A DNA stretch of 63,194 nucleotides, filler included, from Phoronis australis (GCA_002633005.1; 5 parts of 5 records of this genome joined end to end with filler, not necessarily neighbours in it), one strand, 5' to 3'. Shown: positions 12,863-27,247, counted from the whole stretch's first letter. Numbers and translations are program-made. Notes: a model not told the origin generated them from the sequence alone.

Positions 12863-14629
12863 GTAGGATAACTCACTTTAACTGTCACAGTCATCACTTG
12901 TGGGTCCCATTCCAACGTAGTTAGTTTCCATGAGTATTAAGTAGCAATTTCTTGGAGCACCTATGGGTGGTTCTACATCTGCAGTCACTGATTTGCGTGA
13001 AAATTTGTGAGGGCTTGGTCTGCCCCTAGATATGCACTATGTCACCTTTGGTTTTCTGACACAAGCCTCGTTTTGATTTTTATGCTGATCTTGCAAAAAA
13101 GGGTTTTCGACACTTGTTTCTGTAAAAAAGTTGTTATCTTAAAAACTAGGAATAACTATAGCTATATTTTCCTGTGAATGTATCTGACTTTAAGACCCAG
13201 AAACACATTTGATATTTGTGATAGACATTTTAGAATTTAGGTAGTACTTTCTTTTCTAAAGTTGAGAAAATCTGCAAATTTTCACGAGATGATTTTGACA
13301 ATTTTCAATGAGAAAGCGATCAAAAGATATAGCATGTGCGAATATGAAACCAGCGTGATAGGGTAGTATTGCGGCGGATTAGTACACATATAAAGTCAAC
13401 AGTCATTTGCCCGCTTGGTACTTTGAATGAGTATACGTTGCACTATTTAGCTTCGCAACTTCAGTGATTATACAGCGGTTTTATGAGAAAAGGCACTACA
13501 GACATTACGATTTGAACATGTGAAGTGGATATTAAGGTGTTCTTTTAATTTAAAAGGTTTTGAAGCCTAATAAGGCGGAAAGGGTTTGGGGGTTAAGGTT
13601 GGAGCTGTTTCCCCTTCTGTTTTCGAGTTTTGTACGTAATCCGTTAACAGCTGTTCGAATTTCTTCAATGTCCTTGAGAGTTATTATAAATAGGCCAAAA
13701 CTGTAACTTTACTATTTGGGGCTTTCCAACTTCAAGCTTCAAATTACTTCTAATTGATGAAAATAATATATGAGTCTATCAATTTTCGTACTGTACAAAC
13801 ATAAACATGCAAGTCAAAAGCCAATCAAATTGTTTATTTATTTATTCTTGCAAGAATAGCTTCTATTTGATGAAAGTAATATATGAGTCTATCAATTTTA
13901 GTAGATACATAAACATGTATAATAAGTCAGAGCCAATCAAATTGTTTATCAAAACAAAACATTATAAGCAATTTCCACAAGCATGCTTTTAGATTTTTGA
14001 CGGCTAACCAGGGGAACATGGTAGATGAGGTATTCGCATTGAGGTGTATTTTCTTCACTGCAGAGGTACTTACATGTATAACGGTAAGGAGATAAACTTG
14101 AACCCCTCCAAATATGATTGCTAGAGTACTTTGAGCCCCGACTTTTTCGACAAGCGGGGAATTTCTTGAAACAACTCCTTGTAATGATCTTCAAAACAAA
14201 TGCTGTTCTTGTGACTCTATGGGAAAAAGGTGAAATTATTTTGTAACTAACCGTCGGAAGTGGTCCTTTTGTGTCATTCACAAATAGTGGAAATAATGTT
14301 CTTCAAAAACCCATCTTTTCTATTGGCGGTAAATCCTATTGTATTTTTCACATTTTTGCTTGAGTGGAATGTTTTGATAATGACTGTTGTACTGTGCACG
14401 AATGTTTTGGGTTTTTTGATGAATTTTTGGAATCTGGATTTCCGCTCGTGAATACTTTTTCAGATATTTATTATCATTTATAAGCAAGTACAAAAACAAA
14501 CATAGAAGTACACCCATTCACGCATGCGCACCTCAGGAGAGACCATTCTCGTATCTCATATAAAGTAAACAACTGCTACATGGAGTTAACGTGGACAATA
14601 AATATCCCCATTTCACACAGAAGCTGTCA

Positions 14630-16730
14630 TATACACACTTTTTATATGCAATTAATTTTTTCAGCATTATAGTACCCATAAGTACACATTAACAAACTTG
14701 TGAAACTTATGTATGTTTTTGTGACATCTGTACTTGCAGATGTACTGTTTGGCTAGTAGAAGCAAAAAATTAAATAGGAAATCGTGCGTCTCATAAAGTC
14801 CAAGAATAACACGTTCGTAAGAGAGACATTTGGGAATTCCTTCCAGAAATCTTGTACAAAGCGACATGTCCAAAAAAGGTGTGACAGCGTCTCCGGATCT
14901 TTATGACAAAAGGAACATAAATTAGAATTCCGAACACAGATTTTGACTAAAAAGGTATTTGTTGCATAATCCTGTGTAGTATTCGAAATTGGAAACATCC
15001 AATGTTTGATCCTTTGTAATTTCATAAGGCAATGCGTATTTTTTCTTCCAATCTAAACTATCTCCTAACTCTAGTTCACATTTACACTCTGACGTAGAAT
15101 GTTTCTTAACGTTATTAAAGACTCAATGAATATGTCTACAACCCTTTAAATCTTTCCATACACTGTAAGTGAGTAAATGCCAAAATCATGCAAGGAGAGT
15201 AGACATTAACACTGTTAAATTTACTTTTTTGAAACCTTCCTAGAACAGAAACACCATTATATTCTACAAAGTTGGTGTTTACATGAACATCAAACTCACT
15301 TTAATATGGTTCAAACAAACGAAATCACCATCAGAGGTATATATATCTCTGATAAATCTTGAGCCTTTTACCAACCAAAGCTTATAAAAACACGCGTGCC
15401 TCCGATTGCCCAGTTATTATCAAACCACAAAGGTTGATTCAAAAAGTCCTTTTATTCGCAGCAATTATTATCTTGTAAAACGATGTCATACTTCCAAATA
15501 CGTCGCGCCAGTAGGAATTACCAGTTAGAGTAAACTTTGACTTAATAAAGTCATTTCCAAATGATGCAAAATTCTTTAAGAACGGGTAGAGTGAGTACAC
15601 TAATTTTCACCACTCTTAGATGCAGGGCTTTCAAGATACCTATGGGCCAAGGCGAGCTTTAGACCTTTTCTGAAAGTATGTATATGTAAAATTTGAACTC
15701 CCACTTGATTAAGTCCTAAACAAGCCGTAGTTCATTTGATTTTATCATTGCAAGCCTGCCATACAAATGTAAAGATGTCGTATTCAATTCATCCAAGACA
15801 TTTACTGGTCGATTAAGTAAACTTGACAACCAAAAATTAGCTTAGAAATAGTTAATGTTTTAATTACAGTTACTCTACCAAATTTTGTAGACTCCAACTT
15901 GTTATAACGACTTTATTTCAGTTATTCTTGCAGTGAAGTTCATATGTTTCATACTATCCAAATGAGTGCCAAAATCCACCCCAAAAATCTAAAATATTTT
16001 TTCCAAGACAGTTTTTCTTTTGTAGGAATCACGCCATCACTACCAGTTTTACTTCTAAATAATACGGCTCGTGTTTTATCCATATTCACTTGGAGACCGG
16101 AGCGACCAGTAAACAAATGTAGTACAATCAATGTGCTAGTTAATGACAAATTCGACCCATACAACGTTATTGATATGTCGTCTGCATATTGCAAATTCAA
16201 GTATTCCTTATTTCCTGCAACACACCAGCAATATTTTCACTATTCTTGATTAATTACGCCAAAATCTTCGCACGCATTATGAAAATGTAGGGAGACAAAG
16301 ATGCCACTTTGTCTGCAGTCACGCGAATTATTGAATCAGGAAGATGGGTGACCAATTACGACAACACAGGATTTAATGTTACTGTAAAAGACTTTCACCC
16401 ACCTTCTCATATACCAACCAAAATTAAGGAAAGATAAAGTTTTTTGAAAACAAATTGCAGGACAATGAGTCAAATGCTTTCTCAAAGTCAATCAGTAAAA
16501 GCAATCCTAGTCCGTTTGCTGCCTGGGCATAAAGCTTTAAATCGTATAGCACGCGTATATCTTCGTTCACACGTCTTCCAGAAATGAAACATGTCTGGTC
16601 CTGACTGATTAGTTTTCCCAAAACGATTTTAATCGTTCAGCCACAAGCGAAGAAGCCAATTTATACGTCACATTGAGTAAGGATATGGGTCTCCAGTTTT
16701 TCAAATAATGTTTACTTTTATCTGCATTGC
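14630..16730 (-). mobile_element. Degenerate L1/Tx1-clade non-LTR retrotransposon ORF2 (RT + C-terminal zinc finger), intronic
   Basis: LKNWRPISLLN, DQTCFISGR, LLLIDFEKAFDSL, QYADD, SGLQVNMDKT, CSFC..DPETLSHLFWTC; many stops and frameshifts. Confidence 0.88.
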
Positions 16731-18556
16731 GTGACGTCTTCATGTGTAAGACTTCATAATTTTTCTTTTTCTGTCTCCTTCAGTTTGGAGACACAAACTT
16801 TATCAAGAAGAGTTTCTAGAGCAGGGTTGTTAGAATGTTAATATTTGCATAGATTTTCATAAAAATGTTGGTTTCCTGAATAACCTCTTCTTCCCAATTG
16901 ATTTTAGTATTGCCCGATTTCCTATGAATACTTGGCAGTGTCGGACTTACATGTATATCAAGGGACATTTCCCCCTTCTTCCCCTGCAAGAGGGGGTGCT
17001 GTCTGAAATGGGACACCATAATATAAAAGGGTAAACATTATTAAGCTTGGAAATAAATGTCAGTTCATTCCACCGTCGTGTGGTCAGACGACGCTGCGGG
17101 AAGTGATCTTTCTAAACATGAAAGCCGGTTGCACGATTTCACAAAAACAGGAAAATAGATGAAATCGAGTCCAGTAATTATCCCTCTCTCCGTGAGCACC
17201 CCCTCAAGAATGTGTCAATAAAAACACATCAAGTGGCCAAATGAGTGTCATCAATAGCTTCCTTCAAGGGCTGGGCTACTAGATATAAACAAAATCTATA
17301 TTTTCAAAAATCTGGATATGCGCAACAATTGGTGTTATGTGTCAGGGTCATCAGTTTTTTTCTCATGTGATGTACAATTTCGAGAAAAAAATAGAGCGAC
17401 AGTTGTCTCCATTACCCCTGCCGAGAGGGGTGCCTCTGAAAAATATAGTTTTGCATTCATGAAATTGTCATGTCAAAGTTTAAAATCCAGTAAATTACTA
17501 CGCCCCAAAAAGCTTCACTTTACAAATTTTCAAATTTTTTAGAATTGCATGTATGAATGAATAAGTGCACAATTTTAAGTGCATTTAGACAAACTTTGCT
17601 TCCAAAACTGATACTGAGTTGTCGAATGTTCTCCTAAATTTTCTCTCTTCTCCGTATTTCGCAGTCTTTCCTTTCTCCACTGTCCCGGGCCCCACGCCTG
17701 GGTCGTTTGCCACAGTTTAACCCTGACGCCTCCGCTTTTTATAGCCCTGAAACAGGATCATTGTGCACGCTTAAAAATATTTCTAATGTCTATTATAAAC
17801 TTCCAATCACTGTTTGTATTTTATAGTACTAAGCAATTACAACAAAGTACTTCCTATTTGGCAACAAAAATGCACATTTTCATTTGAACTGGTATTCGTA
17901 AAATCAAAAAAGACCTAAATTTTGACCATTATTATTGTAACTTTTATTCATCACGTACATGTACATACTTCACAAGTCATTTTGGTACGGCTTACTATAT
18001 CCTTACCAATAACATACATGTTCTTAAATTAGGGGTTACGACAAAACAAATGCCCCCATTTCGTTGGGGCAATTTTATTTCTTTGGAAATTAGGTTTTGG
18101 ACTAGGAGATGAATATTATACGTACATGCGAAGTATCGTTTGTCAGTCCCTGAACAACACGCACTAGTGTTGTTCCAAAAGAGGATATTTTTAAACTGAA
18201 ATTTTTGCATGCATCAAGCAAAAGTTTCATTGGGGTATAAAAAGAAAAGGAGAGGTCAATTATGATGGTTGATGTTGTTTGATGTAGATCTGAACGCACT
18301 ATTAAAATTTCAGCCAATTCTGTGACAGTCATGTAGATTAATTTTACATAGGTTCTCTCAGAAATTGCTACTTAAGGTCTGTTTTCATATTAAACGTTTC
18401 TTAGGTTTATCCACTTATCTCAGCTGTAGGTTCAATATGTTATACAAAACAGGCACACGACGAGATTGAAGTTCATTTACAAATTGATCGCTTGATAACT
18501 ACATTGTTGTGGCCATTAATATAAACATTTTAAATTTGAGTGTGTTTGTTTTGCAG

Positions 18557-18853
18557 AATTTGCTCGTCTTACCCATCCACCTAATATATCTCGAAGTCTT
18601 AGTGAGATAACTGTGACTTGGCCTCCGTGGTCAAACAAAACGGACTATGGTGTAGGACCAGTTCACAAATACATTGTGGAGTATAAATTAACGACGGCCT
18701 CTGACTGGACACAAAGCGTTGAGATTGACAATGCTGTCACGTCGTATTCAATTCCATCGACAGACGTCCAAAACCAGTACCAAATAAGGATTAGAATAAA
18801 AGTTGACATCAATGACGTTGGAAATCCAAGTTCTGAAGCGTCAGCGTGTGGGC
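18557..18853 (+). CDS. Receptor exon D: FN3 domain 1
   Basis: ttttgcag/gtaaga, phase 1-1; ITVTWPPW...DYGVGPVHKYIVEYK...YQIRI (Tie-like G-x-GP motif). Confidence 0.9.
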
Positions 18854-19200
18854 GTAAGATATTGAAATGTCATGTTTAAAAATCAGGGAATAGACACATA
18901 TTTTAATCGATTTCATACGAGCAATGTCTAAACCACCTGTCCGATTGTCACAAACACTGACCCAGCCACAACCGCTGGGTTTCTTTGGTGTGAAATATCT
19001 ACTTTTAAATTCCTCGTACAATAAACGTGTCTGTCTCTGTCCTTAGAAAGTGTAGATGTTGTATGTTTTGAAGAGATAGCCCTGTATTGGTCTACGGCCA
19101 ATCGTTTGCATTTGCCATCAGGCGACATTTGCTCGGTAACTTAAAATAAATCTCTGCTACATACACACTGAGGTTTGTGACAGTAAATGTTTAATTTCAG

Positions 19201-19262
19201 TTCCACTACTCCCAACCGTACATCTCGCCCTGGAATCAAGTGCAATTCGCGTCACGTGGAAT
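19201..19262 (+). CDS. Receptor exon E: FN3 domain 2, N-part
   Basis: tttcag/gtaagt, phase 1-0; LPLLPTVHLALESSAIRVTWN. Confidence 0.85.
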
Positions 19263-19529
19263 GTAAGTTGATCGTTAAAAGTACATGTAAGGTTGGTTTT
19301 TGAGCCGGTAGACATAAAAACGAAGTCATCATTTATGTCAAACTGTCATTCAAGCCCCCACTGCACTTCCTGTTTGAGCTTCCTAATAATTTTGCAGTAT
19401 CGGCGGCCAAGTTCAGGTTGCACGTTTCATGTTTAAGAAATTCGCATTGCATGTATGTGTTAATAGGAGAGATCGATTCCAAAAGAGCTCCAGCATTGTG
19501 TAGGACTCACTGGTCGTTTAACGTTATAG

Positions 19530-19752
19530 GTGCCTGATTGGCGATGTGACAAAGTAGGCGGCACATACACCCTGTTCTACAAAAACAGCTCAAACTCGGA
19601 CTGGGCAAGTGAAGCTAGTATACCGTCCAGCACGGTGGAAAGAGTGTTCCCTACCTTAGCATGCACTGAGTGGACATTTAAAATACAAGCACACAACAAA
19701 GAATTGAACTCGGACGTCTCACAAAAGATGTCGTTGACCACCCCCGAGAAAA
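19530..19752 (+). CDS. Receptor exon F: FN3 domain 2, C-part
   Basis: ttatag/gtgagt, phase 0-1; VPDWRCDKVGGTYTLFYK...WTFKIQAHN. Confidence 0.88.
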
Positions 19753-21403
19753 GTGAGTGGACACCACGGGCATTTCGAGGGTGTTAATTTTGATGATGTA
19801 GTTGTTGTTGTTGCTGTTTTTAGTGTTTCTGTTGTCACTGTTTACAGTTTCGCTGGTGCACAACCATCGTTCCAGGTGTCTTTGTTTTTTTTTCGATTCT
19901 TTTTCAGCTCTTTTCCAATCCAAAATGACGTTTGGGTAGCTTCCTTGAATCACCAAATGAAATGAACCTCTTTACTTCGATATGCTCAATATATTTTAAT
20001 CGTCTCATAACTTGCGTTGATGAAACTAAATCGTATTTCTGGTCAACGGAAAATATTAATCGTCCCAGGCCTATCTGGTTGTTATTGTTCTATCAAGCGA
20101 ATAATATAGATTTCAGGTCATTTCATTAATTTGCAGCTACTTTACAGCTTCAATTACCCATTTAAGGGACCTTTAAAGACATGACTAAAAGTATAGGTAT
20201 TCGTGGAATAACATATAGTTACTGGCGTTGTGACAGCCTAGTTTACTAAGAAAGTGTGTTTGGCAAATTTTATGGAATTTTTTGTTTGGGAGAAAAATGC
20301 TTTTGATTTTACGCATTTCCAACCTGCATCAAAGTTCATTGAAACATAAGTTTCTTCGGTATTTTTATAATTGGTAAACTTCATTTCGAATCGCGGTTCT
20401 CTTTTACTGTTACGTCCGCTCCATCCATTTTTGCGTTATCGGAAAGTCTAGCGTACATTATCAAAACCAAAATCACGCTAAGGATCTCCACGTTTTTCAG
20501 CATTGATTAGTCTAAGCATTTAGCTATTTTCAATGTCTGGATAAAATCCCCAAAAGCGATTTTATGCCTCTTTTTGACTAAAAGCAGCACACGTAAAGCT
20601 TTTCTGATGAAGGTGTTTTTGAGAGTTACACTTTTCCAATCTTCTAGCAGGGAACTAGGGTCTCATGTCCCTCAAAACTACTGTCAATAAGGAATGAGAT
20701 GAACATATAAATCTTGGAAGGGATACTATGTTTAAAGTAACCTTTTACCATGTGATAACTTGTTGAATTACCAAATGGCTTACGATAGAGACGGTTTGCT
20801 GTTTTATTAGTCCAGGATGTCAAGAGCACCCATGGTTGTTGAAATCAGTTTATAAATGATGCTAAATTGCCTGCACCTTATAGATACATGTACATGTAAC
20901 TCTAATCGTTTCAAAACTATGAGGAAATAGCAACCGTTCTACATTTTGAGTCAAGCATTACTTAAAATGTCCAGTCACTTAATGTTACACACTACAGCAT
21001 ACACTCACATAAGGATATTGACTTGCTCCCAGTAATTACAGACATATCATCCTTGTCACTCTGCAAGACCTTCCTCTCTGAAAATAGCATATCATTCGTG
21101 TATCAAACACTTAAACCACATTTGGACAGAGAAACCAGTTGATAAATGTATTTGTTTTAGCATGGGCGGCGCACCATATGGGGCTGGGAGCTATAGCCTT
21201 CACTTTTTCAGTGGTGCAATACATTGTACTTTTTGTCAATTTTTCATCTTGTGTTTTATATGCCTTCTTAAATACCCTTTTAAGGGTTATTAAATTATCA
21301 AATCTTTTGTACCATTTTTTCAACTAATCCAAAAAATAATGAAGTTATGAATGTTTTAACAATTAAAATCGAAATTTATTGAGCGAATTATTTTTGTCTT
21401 TAG

Positions 21404-21712
21404 AAGCCAAAAAAGTAAAGGCTTTGGTGAGCTCATCAATCACGCATGATACAGTCAGCCTAACTTGGGAAGCTCCAGTTTACAACGGGTGTCCTGTGAA
21501 AAGCTACATAATCCAGTACAACCTTACCGAGGTGCTAGCGTGTGACACTGCGGACCAACCATCAGAGGATTCAAAGACAGACAACACTAATGAACTTGCA
21601 ACTTCACTGGACAACCTACGTCCGTACTCACGTTATGACATTAGTGTACGAGCTAGAACAGACACCTTGGATGGAGAGGAAGAAAAAATCACCATGGATA
21701 CACATCAGTACC
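21404..21712 (+). CDS. Receptor exon G: FN3 domain 3
   Basis: tctttag/gttagt, phase 1-1; VSLTWEAP..NGCPVKSYIIQY...LDNLRPYSRYDISVRA. Confidence 0.92.
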
Positions 21713-21977
21713 GTTAGTAGATGGTGTTGAGGTTTACATATACTAACCTATTACAACTATTTATTTCAATTAGTAACTTCTAAAAGAATCGTGTATTTTG
21801 AGCGTTCAATAAGTAAGTTGAATTCACTAATTTTTGTACCTTCTCGTGGATGGTTTTAAAAGTTATGGAAATCGAAAATTTGATAATTAAGGTAGTATGT
21901 TGTTTAATGACTTGTCTCTAAAGAAGTATTCTGTATTTTTCGATAGGACTGTAAAAGTGTACGGGTTTTTATTTCAG

Positions 21978-22280
21978 ATCCATCTGAATCCCCGCAAAGT
22001 GTCAGGATTGTAGAACGTTCTAATAACACCTTGAAATTCAACTGGGAACATCCACCCTGTTTATCAAGTAATGGGCCTACTAACAACTTTGACTACCAGC
22101 TACAAAGGCAAGCGTCACCTTGTCGTTCTAAGGAGTTTGTCAACGACTCAACTAATGGACTTTCAAAGACGTTTGACCACCTCCAACCCCACGTGACCTA
22201 CAGCTTCAGAGTGCGTGCCGTAAATGGAGAGCTGGCTGGACCTTGGAGTAATTGGACGCGTAATGTTACTAACGAAAGTG
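21978..22280 (+). CDS. Receptor exon H: FN3 domain 4
   Basis: atttcag/gtaata, phase 1-1; LKFNWEHPPC..NGP...LQPHVTYSFRVRAVNGELAGPWS. Confidence 0.92.
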
Positions 22281-23965
22281 GTAATACTTAAACTTTCAGT
22301 TCTAAATGGACAGTGACAAGTTTTTTCCTGTGGCGAGAGACACCAAAATTAAGTGAACACTTGGGTGTAAATATAAACTCCGGTAAAAACTTCTTCATAT
22401 AAACAGGGGCTTCAAATATCCAATTTTGTAAAGGGCTGCCCACTGTTAAAATTAAATTCTCCCTTTTAGAGACGCGACAAAAGCCCCGTTTACATGGCGG
22501 TGTTTACAACAGTGTGTATATTTACTATATTGAGTCATATGAACGCAAATACATCCGGATGTAAAGGCACACTCGGTTGTATACAGTGTACTGACCTTCC
22601 GATTTCGTGCAAATGTAAGTGTAAGTGCAAATATACACCTGATTTAAATGTGATTTAAACTTACGCATGAGTGTGAAAACAAGATCATTCCATCTAAAGT
22701 GCCATTTGGGCCTCATCTCTTCTCAAAGCAACACTAAGCACTTCCCTTTAAACTACTAAAAGATTCTCTGTTGTCACCTGTGAATTGGTAAGGTTTTTGA
22801 CTGAAATGCTGCCGCTGCCACCACGGCAGCCAATGCTGCTGTGTCAAGCTTTCATGGTTGTTATACCACGGTTTTTCTGAATGTACGTCATCGCTTATAG
22901 GTGCAACATTCATACATATAAATTCATCAGGACAAATCAGCCCTTCGGTTCACCCAAACACATTCGTTGTTTCCGAAAGCCAGCACGTCTTGAAGGCGAT
23001 CCGAACAAGCCATCTTGTGTTTACATCAGTAATAGCACATGAAGACAGTTCCAAAGGCAGTTTCAGGAAATTGTTATATTAGAAAATGTTTTTACTAGCA
23101 AACGTTGCTAGTGTCGAATTCGCTGATAAATATAAACGGTACTTAAAGCAACTGTTGCTCTTCTTTTCTGCCACACGACCTTGATGTAAATTCGCATTTA
23201 CTCGCGGGTGTACATGTACTTCGAATGAAATAAATTGTGCAAATACAGGTATGAGATGAGTTACATCAGTTAAGTTAAACAGTGAAAGTCATGGAACGCT
23301 GGACCACAATGAGTTCTGTTTGTAAAATGCTTTGTAGAGAAATTTGACACCCCAGATTTCAGTGGCTGTTTCGCAGATAGCAAGATATACTCAAAACCAT
23401 GTGTTATCATTTAAAATACACGTCACTATCTCGCCTAATCTCGCGAAGTCTAGATCCTAGCGTTAATGAACGCTCCTCTGGTATTTACAATAAAAACTGA
23501 ATTAGGGACAACACCTTGATCCAGATACAAAATGCGTTTCTGAAAGCAGCTCTTTTGGCCCCAGGAGAAAACTTGGCTACGACCAATGGCACTATAGCCG
23601 ACTCCAAGGCTTCACCAATATACTGACCAATGGTGGTGCTGGCATGCTTCTTCTAAACAATATATTTGTGCCGAGGTTAATGGTCACGGGTTTGATGTTT
23701 TATTATGTAATGATAATGAGTGAATTTTAATAACACCATAGTTGCTAAAAATAAACTATCGTGTTGGTCCAACAAGTGTCCATTGTTTGTTTTTGGCATT
23801 ATATTAGAGTGAAGTTTAATAAAGTGTAGTATTGAATAAGTGCAAGCGTCAAATAGTAAATGTAATCCATTAAGTCATTTATGTACGCTTCAGTCATCAA
23901 TAATCACGATATGATGACGTCCTGTCGGTTGTGTATGCACTTCCCAAGAAGTTGGCGAACATCTC

Positions 23966-24004
23966 TGTGTATATATGTGTGTGTGTGTGTGCGTGCGTGT
24001 GTGC

Positions 24005-24043
<39 letters not shown>
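23966..24043. repeat. (GT)n/(GCGT)n compound microsatellite
   Basis: Seen directly; ends ~90 nt upstream of the exon I acceptor. Confidence 0.95.
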
Positions 24044-24047
<4 letters not shown>

Positions 24048-24131
24048 AGAAGCCTGTCTTGTGACATTCAAATAAACCTACGATTGTCTTCTACTGCTAC
24101 TTGTTATCGTACCGCTTTTTAAATGCTATAG

Positions 24132-24346
24132 CTCCACCACCACCAAAGAACCTAAGCGTGGTAGACATGAACCCAACATTCGTCATTATTGGATGGGTGC
24201 CACCATGCCCCCCTAACGGCGTCATACGGGAATATCAACTTAATTACAAAAGTCGCAACGACAATGACGACAACATAACGACTTGTGCAGACTGTTCTTC
24301 CTTGAAGCTTCTTAATTTGGAGGTCAAGAGCACGTACGAAATTAAG
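24132..24346 (+). CDS. Receptor exon I: FN3 domain 5, N-part
   Basis: tatag/gtgagg, phase 1-0; PPPPKNL...IGWVPPCPPNGVIREYQLNY...NLEVKSTYEIK. Confidence 0.9.
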
Positions 24347-24690
24347 GTGAGGTTGAATTGTTTGTTCCTTCTAGTGCCTTTTGCACCCTTCTTTGGAGCT
24401 TGACTTATTACTTGAGAAGTTTTCGTGCTTTTTTCTATCATCATGGAATCCAGTCCCAATTCTATCTTAGCTTATGCCACATAACAATCAGTCCTGATAC
24501 ATGTACATCGATGTTCATATGTTCGTTCAAATGCTGTCATTGGTTAGAATCAATTATCACCCAAAGCTTTCAAGCATGAACCTAGTGTCGTCACGTACAG
24601 TGTCGGAGTGTTAATATTATCAATCGAGATTTGCACGTTATCACGTGGGAAGGAGAGATGTATATTTATTATCTAATATACATATTCCAG

Positions 24691-24757
24691 ATTCGTGCAA
24701 AGACTACTCACTGGGGCAGTTGGAGCATTCCAATTTATGAGACTGTTGAAGAGGGAG
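24691..24757 (+). CDS. Receptor exon J: FN3 domain 5, C-part
   Basis: ttccag/gtaggg, phase 0-1; IRAKTTHWGSWSIPIYETVEEG. Confidence 0.85.
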
Positions 24758-25315
24758 GTAGGGCTTAAACCTACGTCTTTGTTTGCTTCACGTGGTCGTG
24801 TAAAGTCGTGCGATCTACGTAGCACGTCATGCACTTTCACATCGACAGTGGTTTGTTTACCGGGTATATCCCATAGGCGTATTTTCGGAAATTCTCGGTA
24901 CATGGTTGTTTTATGCTTTGAAGTCACCTCAGAGAGGTCTCGTTGTGACCATTCAGTAAATTGAGAATCCTGAATGAGTCGCGGGGTTTATGACATGGGC
25001 AAAAGCTCATGGAAACTTCGTCAAAATTGCGGACTTGGGTCCGTGACAGCCGATTCGTTAATCAAAACCATGTCCTTTTCACGGAATTCTGGTTGTTTGG
25101 TTCTTTGTATTAATGTTTTGCAGACGATGAAATGTAAGGCGTATGGATTTCTACTTTGCACTACTTTGTGATTCGTCCACGTTATTAACCAGTAGTGCGT
25201 AGTGCCGAACCACATTCCATTTCATGTAGGGAAATCTAATACCACTTGTAACTCGTTTACATGTAGTCAGAAGGGAAGTCAAATGATGTTTGTACACCGA
25301 TTGCACCATTTTCAG

Positions 25316-25422
25316 TTCCTGAAATGCCAGAAAGCGTTTGGTGCAAGGACGGAACAGCAAAGTCACTTACTGTTTACTGGGTTGAACCAAGTCGAAAAAA
25401 TGGATTCTTAACACAATACAAG
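25316..25422 (+). CDS. Receptor exon K: FN3 domain 6, N-part
   Basis: ttttcag/gtatat, phase 1-0; VPEMPESV...SLTVYWVEPSRKNGFLTQYK. Confidence 0.88.
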
Positions 25423-25750
25423 GTATATTAGTTTCCTATTTTCACGTTATAGTAATGAAAATACAGGAATTAAGATTATAAGGCAATTTGCTTACTGTTG
25501 TTGTAGTCTTGCTTTATATATTCGAACAACATGGAATTGTTCATACCTTACTCTTCAAAAAAGTTTCAATGAACAAAAAAAAAACAATCTGGCGAAAATA
25601 ACTTCTGGTTCGTCCATTAAAGGATGTAAACAATCTCTTAAAGTGTTCTTTGTGGCTACAACGGAGTTTAAGCTCGTGACCGGCAAAGAGCAATGGGCAA
25701 TAGTGGAGTGACATTCGTGAATATGTCTAAAGTTAATTGTACGAGACAAC

Positions 25751-25923
25751 TGACCTATCGCCAGGAGTTTGAGTGACAGCTTAACTGACCATGTAGAACT
25801 CATCATTCTTGACACACCTTTGTTTCCAAGTCGCCATTTTATCTGACAAACAACACGTTGCCGGATGAAGCTTATTATTTGTTAGTCAACATTACGCAAG
25901 GGGGCGGAGCTTGCGATAGGTCA
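25751..25923. mobile_element. 173-bp MITE derivative of the THAP element at 42662-47469
   Basis: TIR tgacctatcgc / gcgataggtca; subterminal sequences match both ends of the long copy. Confidence 0.75.
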
Positions 25924-26335
25924 ATTGCACGTGCGGGCTTCAAAGAACACACCACTACTCCATCAACTCGAATATTGAACCAATTCACGGCGTAGTATGC
26001 ATACATGCCAACAAAAATGAGGGAGACTTCAAGTGAATTTTTCTGAATTTATTAATGTCTTGACAATGCTTCGTGAATTTGATTTGTTTGAACGATTGAT
26101 TTTGAGATTCGTCAGTAAAAAGTCTGTTCTTACGCAACATTCATGCTTCTGTGGTTTGTACGTATGATTCACTTGTACGAGTAGATGATATAGGAAATGT
26201 ACTCAAAGAAAAATTACTAGTCATTTTTGTTCCTTGCCGTCGTTACATTTAGAACATCCAAACATTAAATTTTAGCTCGCTAATAACTGTCCACAAAAAT
26301 GTTTCGACCTCAACAAATTGCTTTTTTTCTTTTAG

Positions 26336-26510
26336 ATATCATGGAAAGATGAACAAGAGAAGTCGTCGTTTGAAACCGTGGGACCAACTATCCGCAAGTT
26401 AAAAATTTCTAACCTGAATCCAGGAACGCGATATAACATTCACGTGGAGGCGAAAAATTCAGTTGGTTTTGGACCACCGGCGACTACAATCTGCTGGACG
26501 AGTTTGTCTG
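26336..26510 (+). CDS. Receptor exon L: FN3 domain 6, C-part
   Basis: tttttag/gtaaga, phase 0-1; ISWKD...ISNLNPGTRYNIHVEAKNSVGFGPP. Confidence 0.9.
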
Positions 26511-27138
26511 GTAAGATATCGATATTGCACTTAATGTACCAGTAAAACATCTTTCATTTCCCTACCAAACTCAGGTTTTGTTTTTGCAATTCCAGTACGT
26601 TTTCCCATAATTGGCTAACGTGGTGAAGAATAAATTATTTGGTAAATTATTTGGAACTATCATCCCCTTTAACTGTTTTTGTTGCATTGTTCGGATATTC
26701 AAACGCTTCAAGCAGAAATGTTCGTGAATTGAAGAATCAAGTTTTGTTTCTGTCAAATTGTCCGGTTTCTTCATTCCACAGTTTGACATTAGTTACAACT
26801 AAAAACGCTTTGGTGACGTCCCAACTCTATAGAGTTGTATGTAGAATGAATGTTCTTGAATAGACTTTTGTATCAGTGCGTATGACGTCTGGTGAATGTT
26901 GATATTGTCGATATTTATGAATCGACTTGGATTGTTAGATACACAGCTGTGTGTAAGAGATAATAAGACACTTCGAGGATCTTTGCGGTCTTGAACTACG
27001 TGCCAGTAACCATGAGATTCGCTATGGTAACTGCTTTGTCGGGACCACTGCGCCTCTTGCTTACTTTTGAGGAAGTGGACCTACGATGTTACAGACGTGC
27101 ATGGTATGCCTTTTAATCAAATTTATATCATTATTCAG

Positions 27139-27247
27139 AAGTTCCAAAGCTTCACATATCGAAGATAGACAAGGACGAAGTGACATCAACTACTGTAACG
27201 CTACCTATTGCACCAGTCGCAGGTTATCCAAACAGCAATGATATCGA
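27139..27247 (+). CDS. Receptor exon M: start of RPTP-like juxtamembrane domain
   Basis: ttcag (NAGNAG, alternative start 27142)/gtaagt, phase 1-2; EVPKL...VTSTTVTLPIAP. Confidence 0.8.

Noticed and set aside
23881-24122. Cys/Val-rich ORFs
   Set aside because: Translations of the (GT)n microsatellite
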